Origin: Octopus vulgaris
Lineage: Eukaryota
Assembly: GCA_951406725.2 (NCBI GenBank)
Contig: OX597815.1
Span: 146,072,001 to 146,136,000, forward strand
Length of the DNA stretch: 64,000 bases
Reading direction: 5' to 3'
In this document: piece by piece, positions 13,455 to 23,839 of the stretch
How the letters are laid out: every line of letters begins with the position of its first letter
How positions within the stretch are numbered: position 1 is the stretch's first letter
Made by a program: the position numbers and the translations under genes
Notes under the pieces: model-generated
Database searches by the model: none
Seen by the model: only the letters and a program-made list of their open reading frames with translations
Told to the model about the DNA's origin: nothing

Positions 13455-13502
<48 letters not shown>

Positions 13503-13762
13503 TATATGTGTGTGTGTGTATGTGTGTGTGTCTGTGTGTGTATGTGTGTGTGTGCGTTTGTGCATCTCTGTTTGTCCTACCACCATCGCTTGACAACCGA
13601 TTTTGGTGCGTCTACATGCCCGTAACTTAGCGGTTCGGCAAAAGAGAGAGAAATAAGATAAGTACTAGGCTTACAAAGAATAAGTCCAAGGCTCGATTTT
13701 TTCGACTAAAGACGGTGTCCAAGCATGGCCAAAGTCAAATTACTGAAACAAATAAAAGAATA
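13408..13762 (+). mobile_element. SINE family C body with internal TA/TG microsatellite
   Basis: AAAGCCTTGTGAGTGGATTTGGTAGATGGAAACTGAAAGAAG..GTAACTTAGCGGTTCGGCAAAAGAG..AGCATGGCC; matches 41200-41490. Confidence 0.85.
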
Positions 13763-13935
13763 TGTATACATGGTTCTTTTGCATGTGCATGTAGTACACA
13801 GTGTTCAAACAGACTTACTATGGCATAGTTCACGCACCCTCGATTTCCTTCCTCTAATGACATGAGCATTTACCCCCCCACACACACGCGCGCGTATGTA
13901 TATGCATAAATGTATGTATGTGTGTGTGTATGTAT

Positions 13936-13966
<31 letters not shown>

Positions 13967-14019
13967 CATGTTTGCATGTGTGGATGTTTGTGTCCATATA
14001 TATGTTTACATATATGTTT

Positions 14020-14199
14020 AAATAGTTGGAATTTACAAAAAAAAAAAAAGCAAAAGACGAAGACGGGTGTGTAAACAACAAGCAAATGTATTAGTTTAAC
14101 GCTCGGGAAGTGAGAAAGTCTTTTACGTTTCGAGTCTACACTCTTCAACAGAAAGGAACACAGAAATAAGCAGAGAGAAAATAAAACAAGATGTTTAGT

Positions 14200-14202
<3 letters not shown>
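14020..14202 (-). mobile_element. Short non-coding element with variant HHR (core CUGUUGA)
   Basis: Minus strand cttt-CTGTTGA-a-gagt-gtag-actc-GAAAC-GTA-aaag at 14120-14155; relatives at 47288-47434, 47840-47920, 22060-22170. Confidence 0.7.
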
Positions 14203-14247
<45 letters not shown>

Positions 14248-14565
14248 ATATATGCACGCATGTATCGGGATGGTAGAATTGTTTGTTAGAGCGCGGCAAA
14301 ACGCTATTGGCTTCGAATCCTTACATTATAACATCATATCACACCAGTGAGCTTTAGTTAACACCCCTCCGTAATAATTAGAGAAAAAAACGCATTTAAA
14401 ATAGTCAAATCTTAAGGGCAGTGCAATCACCTAAATACCTCACCTAATATATATATACATATAAAATATATACTTACAATATTAGATATGTACATATCTA
14501 ATATTGTATGTATATATTTTATTAATTTGCCTGTACGGCTGATATTTCGCTTACCACTCGTGATG

Positions 14566-14720
14566 GTAAATTCCGCCGAGGTCGACTTTTCCTTTCATCC
14601 ATTCGGGGTCGATTAATTAAGTACCAGTTACGCACTGGGGTCGATGTAATCGACTTAATACCTACGTCTGTCCTTGTTTGTCCCCTCTGTGTTTAGCCCC
14701 TTGTGGGTAATAAAGAAATA
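14566..14720 (+). mobile_element. 5'-truncated SINE family A inserted in the HHR element
   Basis: AAATTCCGCCGAGGTCGACTTT..AAAGAAATA; absent from the downstream direct-repeat copy. Confidence 0.85.
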
Positions 14721-14851
14721 GGTATTTCAATAACACCATCTCTATATTTAAATATAAATAATTTTACTTATTTCTTTTGTTCCTACAGTGCTTGGTCACT
14801 TCAAACGAACTTTTGCAGGCATGATGGGGGAGAATATTAGTAGTAATTTAG

Positions 14852-14924
14852 CTGGCAGACTGGCTGATGAGAAATCAGGCACCTATTTGGCGCTATATTT
14901 CGAAACCGGTACCAGGTTGACCAG
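14852..14924 (+). ncRNA. Minimal type I hammerhead ribozyme
   Basis: ctgg-CTGATGA-gaaat..atttc-GAAA-ccgg-TA-ccag; stems I and II pair, stem I extends (ctggcagactgg/ccaggttgaccag), palindromic stem III. Confidence 0.85.
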
Positions 14925-15180
14925 GATTTACTTGTTCTGAACCATGTGAGGTGAGACATTATTGTTCACTGATATTTTTTCTTATCATGTCTGCAATGGA
15001 TTTGTGACTATTCGGTGGTACAGATATATTTTTTTACTTCTATCTTTAGGGATATAGGTACTCATGTAGTATCCTTGTGTATATATGTACATATCTAATA
15101 TTGTATGTATATATTTTATTAATTTGCCTGTACGGCTGATAATTCGCTTACTACTCGTAATGACATTTTAATAATACCAT

Positions 15181-15219
<39 letters not shown>

Positions 15220-15221
<2 letters not shown>

Positions 15222-15466
15222 AAAAGCAATGAAGATTCAAGTTAATTTAAATGAATTTACTTGAATATGGTACCTAACTTAGATACACTACATTACTTCA
15301 TGAGTATAGCCTCAACCAATAGGATGTCTAGAGAACTCACATGTATTTTAGCTGATGAGTACGGGACACGTTTATATGCTGTAATTTTTGCAACTTTTAA
15401 TAAAGCCTGTCCTTGTATGAAACGATTGTACTAAAAACCTATCCATTCTTGTTGCTTCTTTCTCGC

Positions 15467-15468
<2 letters not shown>
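15220..15468 (+). mobile_element. HHR-bearing short element between two (TA)n tracts
   Basis: Homologous to both ends of 23045-23620 (minus). Confidence 0.8.
15346..15436 (+). ncRNA. Minimal type I hammerhead ribozyme
   Basis: ttttag-CTGATGA-gtacgggaca..tgtccttgtat-GAAA-cgattg-TA-ctaaaa. Confidence 0.8.
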
Positions 15469-15512
<44 letters not shown>

Positions 15513-16068
15513 ATGTATATATATATATGCATCCTACAACATAGCATTTAGCAAGTACAACTTGAAATTCATGAAACATGAATTTAGTAGTTTTGACAAG
15601 CTGCGACTGTAACTATTGCCTGACAACGTAAATGGCGTTTATATCATAAGCTGCTGTGTACTCTCTAATTCCCTTAGTCGGTGTTAGTTGAACATTTAAA
15701 TTGCACAGAATATTTATTGTTTCAGTCTATAAATGGCCATTAGCCTGTCAGATGCATAGGAAATTAACAGTATCTTTATCTTTGATAAAGTGTGCATAGT
15801 TTAATGATTTTAATTTCACAGTTTCTACTTTCCATGGGCGCTACTAAAGAGAACTATTGCTTACACCAGAGTTGCAATCGTAGCCTGTAGCTGTGAATTA
15901 TGCAGCGCCAAGCGTTTGCGTGTGGCACATACATACATGCATGTGTATTTCACTCACAAGGCTTTGGTCAGCCTGGTGAATCTATGGTAGAAAATACTTG
16001 ACCATGGCGACACGTACATGGATAGAGCGATAGATAGATAGTGGATATATGTATGTATGTATGTATGA

Positions 16069-16114
<46 letters not shown>

Positions 16115-16226
16115 GTATATATATATACCGGAGTAAGCACATAAATGTAAAACAAGGTGGGAAAAAGAGTACTAAAATACCAGAGGTAGAGTAATATGCT
16201 TTATATTTCTACTGCTTTTAAATAAA

Positions 16227-16298
<72 letters not shown>

Positions 16299-16299
16299 C

Positions 16300-16490
16300 A
16301 GTTTTACTTGCTTCAGTCATTTGATTTACTGTGGCCATGCTGGAGCACCGCTTTGAAGGGTTTTCATTCGAGCAAGTCGGCCCGTGGCTACAGCAGAAAA
16401 CATGTGGCCAGTGTGACACACTGTGGGACTGAACCTGGAACCATATGGTTGGGAGGCAAGCTTCTTATCACACAGCCAGGTGTGCGCCTA
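16300..16490 (-). mobile_element. SINE family C, internally deleted
   Basis: Minus head TGGCTGTGTGATAAGAAGCTTGC..GGTTCAGTCCCAC; tail CAGCATGGCCACAGTAAATCAAATGACTGAAGC. Confidence 0.75.
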
Positions 16491-18194
16491 TATATATATA
16501 TATATATTATTGTTTCCAACAACTTTTAATCAACTCTGAAGTCGTGACTAATCATTAGCGTGATCATGTATGTATATAAATATATATATAAACTCTGCAT
16601 TTGCATATGTAATTTGCATTAGTTACTGCATTTGGAAGATGTCTATGAGCTTATTTCTATCAGCGTAATATGTACATATGTATGTATGTATGTACACATA
16701 CATGTATACATACACATTTACTGTTTCTGTCTATGTATATATCTATAGATCTATCTATTTATGTGTGTGTGTGTATATACTTTTGCAGATGACTATATTT
16801 TACATATGTGCGTGTGCAAATGACTATATATGATATGTATGTATGTAGTATTTGATTTGCAGGAATATTCTTGAATTTTATTGTCCGTACTTATTTCAGT
16901 TTTGATTAGTCGCATAAAGATTTGATGTAACAGCTGGTGCTTTGCACATTAACACCTTCATTTCTTTAAATTGTTCAAGGGAGTGATAGCAATTAAACAA
17001 TTCTTACCAACGCTGGCTTGCAGGAATTTTCATTAAGTTCTTCGTATGATAGCTTAAAAGTTTTTATTCCCCTACGATTCACCTATTTTATTATTGCTAC
17101 AACGTTAAAGCAGAGAGCCGTCAAACACAGGATCAGAGAAAGAGATCAACAATCAAATGTGAATAAAGTGCCGGTGATAAATTTAATTTCTTTTTGCCAG
17201 TAGTCGTGCATAAAAAGCCGCAGCACCCATCCGCTCTATACTTTACATTTCCCATCTGCTCATAAAAGGTTAGCGTTAGGCCAATGAAAGTTCAGTGTAT
17301 TGAGGTGTTATAAGAACTGGATGATGTTTCATCGGTGAAGAGGTGCTAGGGTTTATCACTAGGTGAAAGCTGTGGCATAATACTGTGCTAAACGTTTGTG
17401 GAATCGATGCAATTGGATTGGATTAAATTGACTGAGAGGCGGACAGGGAAGAATCTATCACAGTTCCAATCGACTGAGATTAAACGAACGTATTGCACCA
17501 ATGATCTTTCCCTAAAAGAGCATCAATTACCACGCCGATTAATAACATTAAAAGGAAATGGTTCAAAGGATGCTATAAAATGTAAGAGAAATAGGAATTC
17601 AAAGAATGATAATAATAGTTGAGATGGAAAATGGTATAGGTAGCTACGAGTCGCAGACCCTGAGTTCAAATCGAATCGAAGATATATTATTTACTATTTT
17701 CTCTCAAATATATCTAATTCTCATCGTTTACTTGTCAACTGGCGACACACTCCTCATTGTCAACTGACTGTTCTCATCTGATAAGTGTATATAAATATAC
17801 ACTTCTGAATAGACTGATGTCTTACATTAGTATTTTTCAATTGTACGATAGATTTCTGATCGTTCATTTCTGAATTGAAACTTCTCAGTGTATGTCTAAT
17901 TTTACTCTTCTCAGTTGACAGCACCCATCTTATCATACACTTCGTATTTGTCTGTATACGTTCATTGTTCAGTTTTTTTTAATTGAGACTAAACTTTGCA
18001 CATATAGAATTATACTTCATTGCATATTTCTAAATTTCACAGTACACTTCTGAATCGACAGATCCTTTGTCATCGTCAAGTACATTTCCCATTGTATCCT
18101 CCTAAATCATCAGTATCATAAACTTCTCCGTTTCATCTACACTTATTACTTATTAATGTACAAACCTCACGTCTCTCTAGTACACTTATACATA

Positions 18195-18421
18195 TTTCTT
18201 TACTACCCACAAGGAGCTAAAAACAGAGAGGGCAAACAAGGACAGACAAACGGATTAAGTCGATTATATCGACCCCAGTGCGTAACTGGTACTTAATTTA
18301 TCGACCCCGGAAGGATGAAAGGCAAAGTCGACCTCGGCGGAATTTGAACTCAGAACGTAACGGCAGACGAAATACCGCTAAGCATTTCGCCCGGCCTGCT
18401 AACGATTCTGCCAATTCACCG
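18195..18421 (-). mobile_element. SINE family A, full length
   Basis: Complete reverse-complement copy, head to AAAGAAATA tail. Confidence 0.9.
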
Positions 18422-18723
18422 TCTATACATGTCTCACTTATACATGTCTCATTGAACACTTCTCATTCGTACTATACATACCTCTTTGTGCACCTCTAAA
18501 AATGGTAGTGCACCTATCATTCTACATCTTTCATGTAATAGTATACGTGACATTTGAATTAAGAGTACATATTCTTATTTACAGTAGCCCACACTTGAGT
18601 GAAAATCCCTCAACGGTACACATCTCTTAACCCCTATGAACTCTATAACCATTGATTAATTTACACTCCAGAAAACTATATACCTTGTAAATACATTATA
18701 TAATGAGACCATGAAAGAATATT

Positions 18724-18938
18724 CTTTTCTACTCTAGGCACAAGGCCTGAAATATTTGGAGGAGGGGCCAGTCGATTAGATCGACCCCAGTACGCAACTG
18801 GTACTTAATTTATCGACCCCGAAAGGATGAAAGCAAAGTCGCCCTCGGCGGAATTTGAACTCAGAACATAAAGACAGACGAAATAACGCTAAGCATTTCG
18901 CCCGGCGTGCTAAAGTTTCTGTCAGCTCGCTGCCTTTC
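18724..18938 (-). mobile_element. SINE family A (second subfamily) with 13-bp TSD
   Basis: Flanked by ATGAAAGAATATT at 18711 and 18940. Confidence 0.9.
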
Positions 18939-19460
18939 AATGAAAGAATATTAATGATTTGATATTATTAAAACAATGTGCCTATAGTAGAAAAGAATAT
19001 TAAAGCAATGCAGTGACATATTACCAAAAATAAAGCGGATATATAATACATAATATTTCGTTATAAGCCATAATATTGCCCGAATTAACAGGAATCCTTC
19101 AAATAGACGCGAAATACTACAGTACAGAGATCGCCATATTAAGCACAAGGGTCCAAAGCAAACGCAAAAAATAACTAAAACGGTTAAAAGAGATAAGAAA
19201 AATGGATATTCCAAAAGACTAAACAGATGTGAAACTGATATGAAGTTCAGGGCGTTACAGGGTGTGAATTAGGACAAAATGCCTGGGATGGCAAATGTAA
19301 ATCAAGATGTGGAGCCTGCTTTCCAGAAGCATTACACTCACAAACAGAGACATAAAAAGGCGTGTGAAAAATCGAATGTACATACGCAAAAAGCTGCACA
19401 GGCACACATACACACGTGTGTGCTTGTATATGCCTGTGTATATTTATTTACATATATATG

Positions 19461-19499
<39 letters not shown>

Positions 19500-19520
19500 G
19501 CGCATAAATATATATTTATA

Positions 19521-19553
<33 letters not shown>

Positions 19554-19870
19554 TCATATATATATATATATATTTATATGTATATATATACATATATATT
19601 GTATATATGTATATATATATGTATATATATATATATGTGTGTGTGCATGTGTCTGTGTGTGTGTTTGTATATATGTACATGCATAAACATACACATTTGT
19701 ATATAGCGACATACATATACGTACAAAATGCTGAACAATGCAAACTTTGTTGAAATCATCATGTACACGTATATATACATCCACACATCCACACATCCAC
19801 ACGTATGTGTGTGTGTGCATATGCAACTATTTATGTATGTGTATATATATATACATACATATATACATAC

Positions 19871-19926
<56 letters not shown>

Positions 19927-20499
19927 CTACATGTATGGACATACAAGCTGGTGAACAAACCAATCTCAGTTGAAATCAGATACGGTGAAATCCAGAATAC
20001 CAGAAAACCACCGAGATGCAAGATAGATGCAAGATAATTCTATAATGTATAGCAACATTTATAAAACGTTGTAAACAACCAGAGCTAGTAATAAGAGAAA
20101 TAACAGATGGAGTGCAGCAAAACACGACACGACAAATACTTTTATATTAGCTAAATACTTCAAATAATAAGGGAATAACAAAATATATGAACGAAATCTT
20201 ACATAGAAGCGATACATTGATACAAATACGACTGAAATAGAAGTAAATGAAAGACTGTTTGTTTGTTTACTTGTTTGTTTGAGGGCCTAGGAATAACTAT
20301 AAAATATAGTTCTTTTTTTAACAAACCAAAGTAGCTAATTACAAATTTTCAAGAAGAGATAGAATAATGTATACTAAACAGGAAAGCTAGTCACCGATTC
20401 AAAATGGAAGTCGAATGTTACTACTAGTAACTAACCCAAGGCAAATTCTCCGCCAGCTGGTTACCGGTGCAACACTTTGCACCCTTTATATACAATATA

Positions 20500-20932
20500 T
20501 CGTGAGCTGACAGAAACGTTAGCAAGCCAGGGGAAATGCTTGGCGGTATTTCGTCTGCTGCTACGTTCTGAGTTCAAATTCCGCCGAGGTCGACTTTGCC
20601 TTTCATCCTTCCGGGGTCGATTAAATAAGAACCAGTTACGCACTGGGGTCGATATAATCGACTTAATCCGTTTGCCTGTCCTTGTTTGTCCCCTCTGTGT
20701 TTAGCCCCTTGTGAGTAGTAAAGAAATAGGTATTTCGTCTGCCGCTACGTTCTGAGTTCAAATTCCGCCGAGGTCAACTTTGTCTTTCATCCCTTCGGGG
20801 TCGATTAAATAAGTACCAGTTACGCACTGGGGTCAATATAATCGACTTAATCCGTTTCTCTGTCTGTCCTCTCTGTGTTTGTCCTCTCTGTGTTTAGCCC
20901 CTTGTGGGTAGTAAAGAAATAGGTATTTCGTC
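20500..20932 (+). mobile_element. SINE family A tandem dimer
   Basis: Two bodies joined at AAAGAAATA|GGTATTTCGTCTG; ends with the same junction. Confidence 0.9.
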
Positions 20933-20937
20933 TCCCT

Positions 20938-21722
20938 TTAGACGTGTACCTGAACTGGCAATAGAATGGGTTTATCCCCAGATCTGTGCGCCGGGATGTA
21001 TTGACGTTGGTCAGAAAGGACCCGGACAAGGGGGGACGTTTTAGATAATTTCAGACCCATCACTCCGTTAAACGCAGAAGTGAAGATTTCGGCCAAGGTC
21101 TTTGCAAATGGTTGACGCGTGTCGCGAATAGTATAGTCGGGGAGGCACAGACATGTGCCATTCCAGGCAGAAACATTCAGGATAATCTCCACCTTATTCA
21201 CTATACCATAGAGAGGGTTGGTGGTAAATCTGGCAAAGGTGGGGCATTGGTACATTTGGACCAGTCTAAAGCTTTTGATCGGGTTGACCATCGATACTTG
21301 GGGACTGTTCTAGCACGGTTCGGCCTTAGATTCCTTAGGTGGTTTATCGCTTTGTATCACAACATTGACTGACTAGTTCAGGTGAACGATTTCCTTTCGA
21401 AGCCGTTCTGCATCAGGCGCTCTGTTCGTCAAGGATGTCCACTCTCACCACTTTTGCATATGATGGCCCTTGAGCCCCTATTGCGAAGGTTGAGTGGCAT
21501 CCCGAAAGAACCAAGTTTAGAGGAGTTGGTTACAGCTTACGCGGACGATATCACTATCAGCGTAACTACAGTAGCCCGCCTACGTGAAGTGGGTAAGGCT
21601 ATTGGGGTTTACGAGACGGTCGCAAGAGCAAAGATTAACCGGGAAAGGACGGTCGGCTTGCAGCTTGGCAACTGGGTTGGCAAGTCCATGCCTTCAGGCA
21701 GCGTTGTTGGGTGCTGGATAGG
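20938..21722 (+). mobile_element. Tx1/L1-clade LINE reverse-transcriptase fragment (pseudogenised)
   Basis: NFRPITPLNAEVKI, QTCAIPGRNIQDN, LDQSKAFDRVDHRYL, SVRQGCPLSPLL..ALEPL, AYADD; internal stops. Confidence 0.9.
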
Positions 21723-22172
21723 TCTACCTAAACGAGCGCATCTCTGTAGAATACTCACCCACCAGTACGTTAATTTCCCCAACATGCAGTTGATCGGATC
21801 AACTGGAGCCGTAGTCGTCGTAACCGGCTGAGTGTCATTTGTGCATATCGAGGTATATAATGAGGGCAGCAGCGTTAGGCTCCCCCATTCACCAAATGCC
21901 ACATATCAGAGTGGGTTTCATGTAGTGAAGGTGTGACAAAGCGAACGGCGGTGCCCCAGCATAGCCGCAGCTCTCGAGATGAAACAACTGAAATTAAATA
22001 TATAATTATATGTACACACACATATACATATGTGCATCTATGTGTGTGTGTTTATATAACCTTTCCTTTCTCCTCTTTCGGACGAAGAGTCATGCATGAA
22101 ACCTTATGCACCTTCCTGTTTTCCCATATTTACTGAGTGTCAATCTAATACATTCCGTGTGTAGTCGTTTTG

Positions 22173-22203
<31 letters not shown>

Positions 22204-22991
22204 GAGAGAGAGAGAGAGAGTAAGAGAGTGAGAGAGGAAGAGAGATAGAGATAGAGAGAGAGGGGAAAGTGAGACAGAGGGGAGAAAGAGAGAAAGAAAG
22301 ATGTAATTTTCTTGTCTTAAAATTGTGTAAATGAGCATTTTTCATGAAAACATCATATTGGTTTATACTTCTGTACCAGCTTCACAACAATGCCGTTAAT
22401 AATTTTAAAATTTATTGGGTGCATTTCACAGTGTAATTCAAAAGAAATATAATAACAAAAGAGTTGCTTAAGTATAGAAGCCATCGCAAGACATCATTCG
22501 AGATAGTAAAATTTGACGTAATGTTCCAATGTTCCTAGCGGTAATTATTATTGTTGAGGTTCTTAATGTGATCATCACTTCGTTGACAAACGTAAAACTA
22601 CTAGCAGCACTATTATCAAGAAGAGTGCATTAACAGTCACTAGGTCAGGAGACTGAAAGAGCACTTCATCACTACAACGATTTCAGTGATATGGGAATAG
22701 CACTTATTGTCATGGCTTGACACGTTTGAGATAGGCTGTGTCAAAATACGATTGTAAAATTAGGGGAGTGAAACTGACAAACCAGCGATAGTATTTCTGT
22801 AAAGTAGTAAAAACTACAAATCGCGATAATAGTACATAAAACCCCTTTCAGCAATAATGTCCAATACTGGCACACACACATGTATATGCATATATATATG
22901 TGTGTGTGTGTATATATAGATATAGACACGCACACATATACGTATGTATATGTATATATTTATATATATATACATATGTATGTGTATATAT

Positions 22992-23044
<53 letters not shown>

Positions 23045-23046
<2 letters not shown>

Positions 23047-23613
23047 AGAAAAAAGCAACAAGAATGGATTAGTTTTTCAGTACAATTGTTTCATACGAAG
23101 AACAGCTTTATTAAAAGCTGCAAATATTGCAGCAAATACAAGTGTCCCGTATTCATCAGCCAAAACACATATGAGTTTTCAAAACGTCCTAGGGGGGGAG
23201 CTACACTCATGAAGTATCGAAGAGAGTTCTATAAAAAGCAAATTTAGATCGTAAGCAGACTTCCAAAGTTCTCTAATGATGCACAGTTTTATAAAAGGTT
23301 TTTAAAAAGCTTGTTAGCTTCACAGAAAAGGTAAATCCATCCATAATAATGTAGGTGTAATTTCCGGAGATATGAGGAGATATTTCATACTCAGAGACGA
23401 TGAATTTATCCATAATAAAGTAGGTATAATTTCCTGATATATGAGAAGATGCTGATCACACTTCTGTTCACTTCACAAAACTACTATGTTGCTTTTTTCT
23501 TGTTTATAATCACCCCACATTATTTTATGATTAATACCATATAAATTTCTGGTGCATCTAAGTTAAGTACCGCATTCATGTGAATTCATTGGAACTCACT
23601 TGAATCTTAATTG

Positions 23614-23620
<7 letters not shown>
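23045..23620 (-). mobile_element. HHR-bearing element between (TA)n tracts; longer relative of 15220-15468
   Basis: 23548-23620 matches 15220-15290 and 23045-23218 matches 15294-15468 (reverse complement); extra ~330 bp inside. Confidence 0.8.
23074..23166 (-). ncRNA. Minimal type I hammerhead ribozyme
   Basis: Minus strand ttttgg-CTGATGA-atacggga..tcttcgtat-GAAA-caattg-TA-ctgaaa; palindromic stem III. Confidence 0.8.
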
Positions 23621-23649
<29 letters not shown>

Positions 23650-23807
23650 TGAGTGTGTGTGTAGTATTTATTTAAATTCCTCAGCTGACACAGATAGACA
23701 AATACGGGCGCATACGTCAGCTAGGATAGACCAAATTCCTGTCAGCGAAATTTTCAAGACGTAGAGAGTGTGATAAAATGCTTAAACTCTAAGCCTCTAA
23801 ATACCAT

Positions 23808-23839
<32 letters not shown>

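Larger units (their letters stand above)
14462..15184 (+). mobile_element. Retrozyme-like element: 5' fold-back, terminal direct repeat, central HHR, interrupted by a SINE
   Basis: ~58-bp palindrome 14462-14521; direct repeats ~14486-14565(+14721-14745) and ~15084-15184; HHR 14852-14924; (TA)n on both sides. Confidence 0.8.

Noticed and set aside
18278-18499. Recurrent peptide [27 protein letters not shown] (also 20461, 27084, 54306)
   Set aside because: Antisense translation of SINE family A, not a gene family
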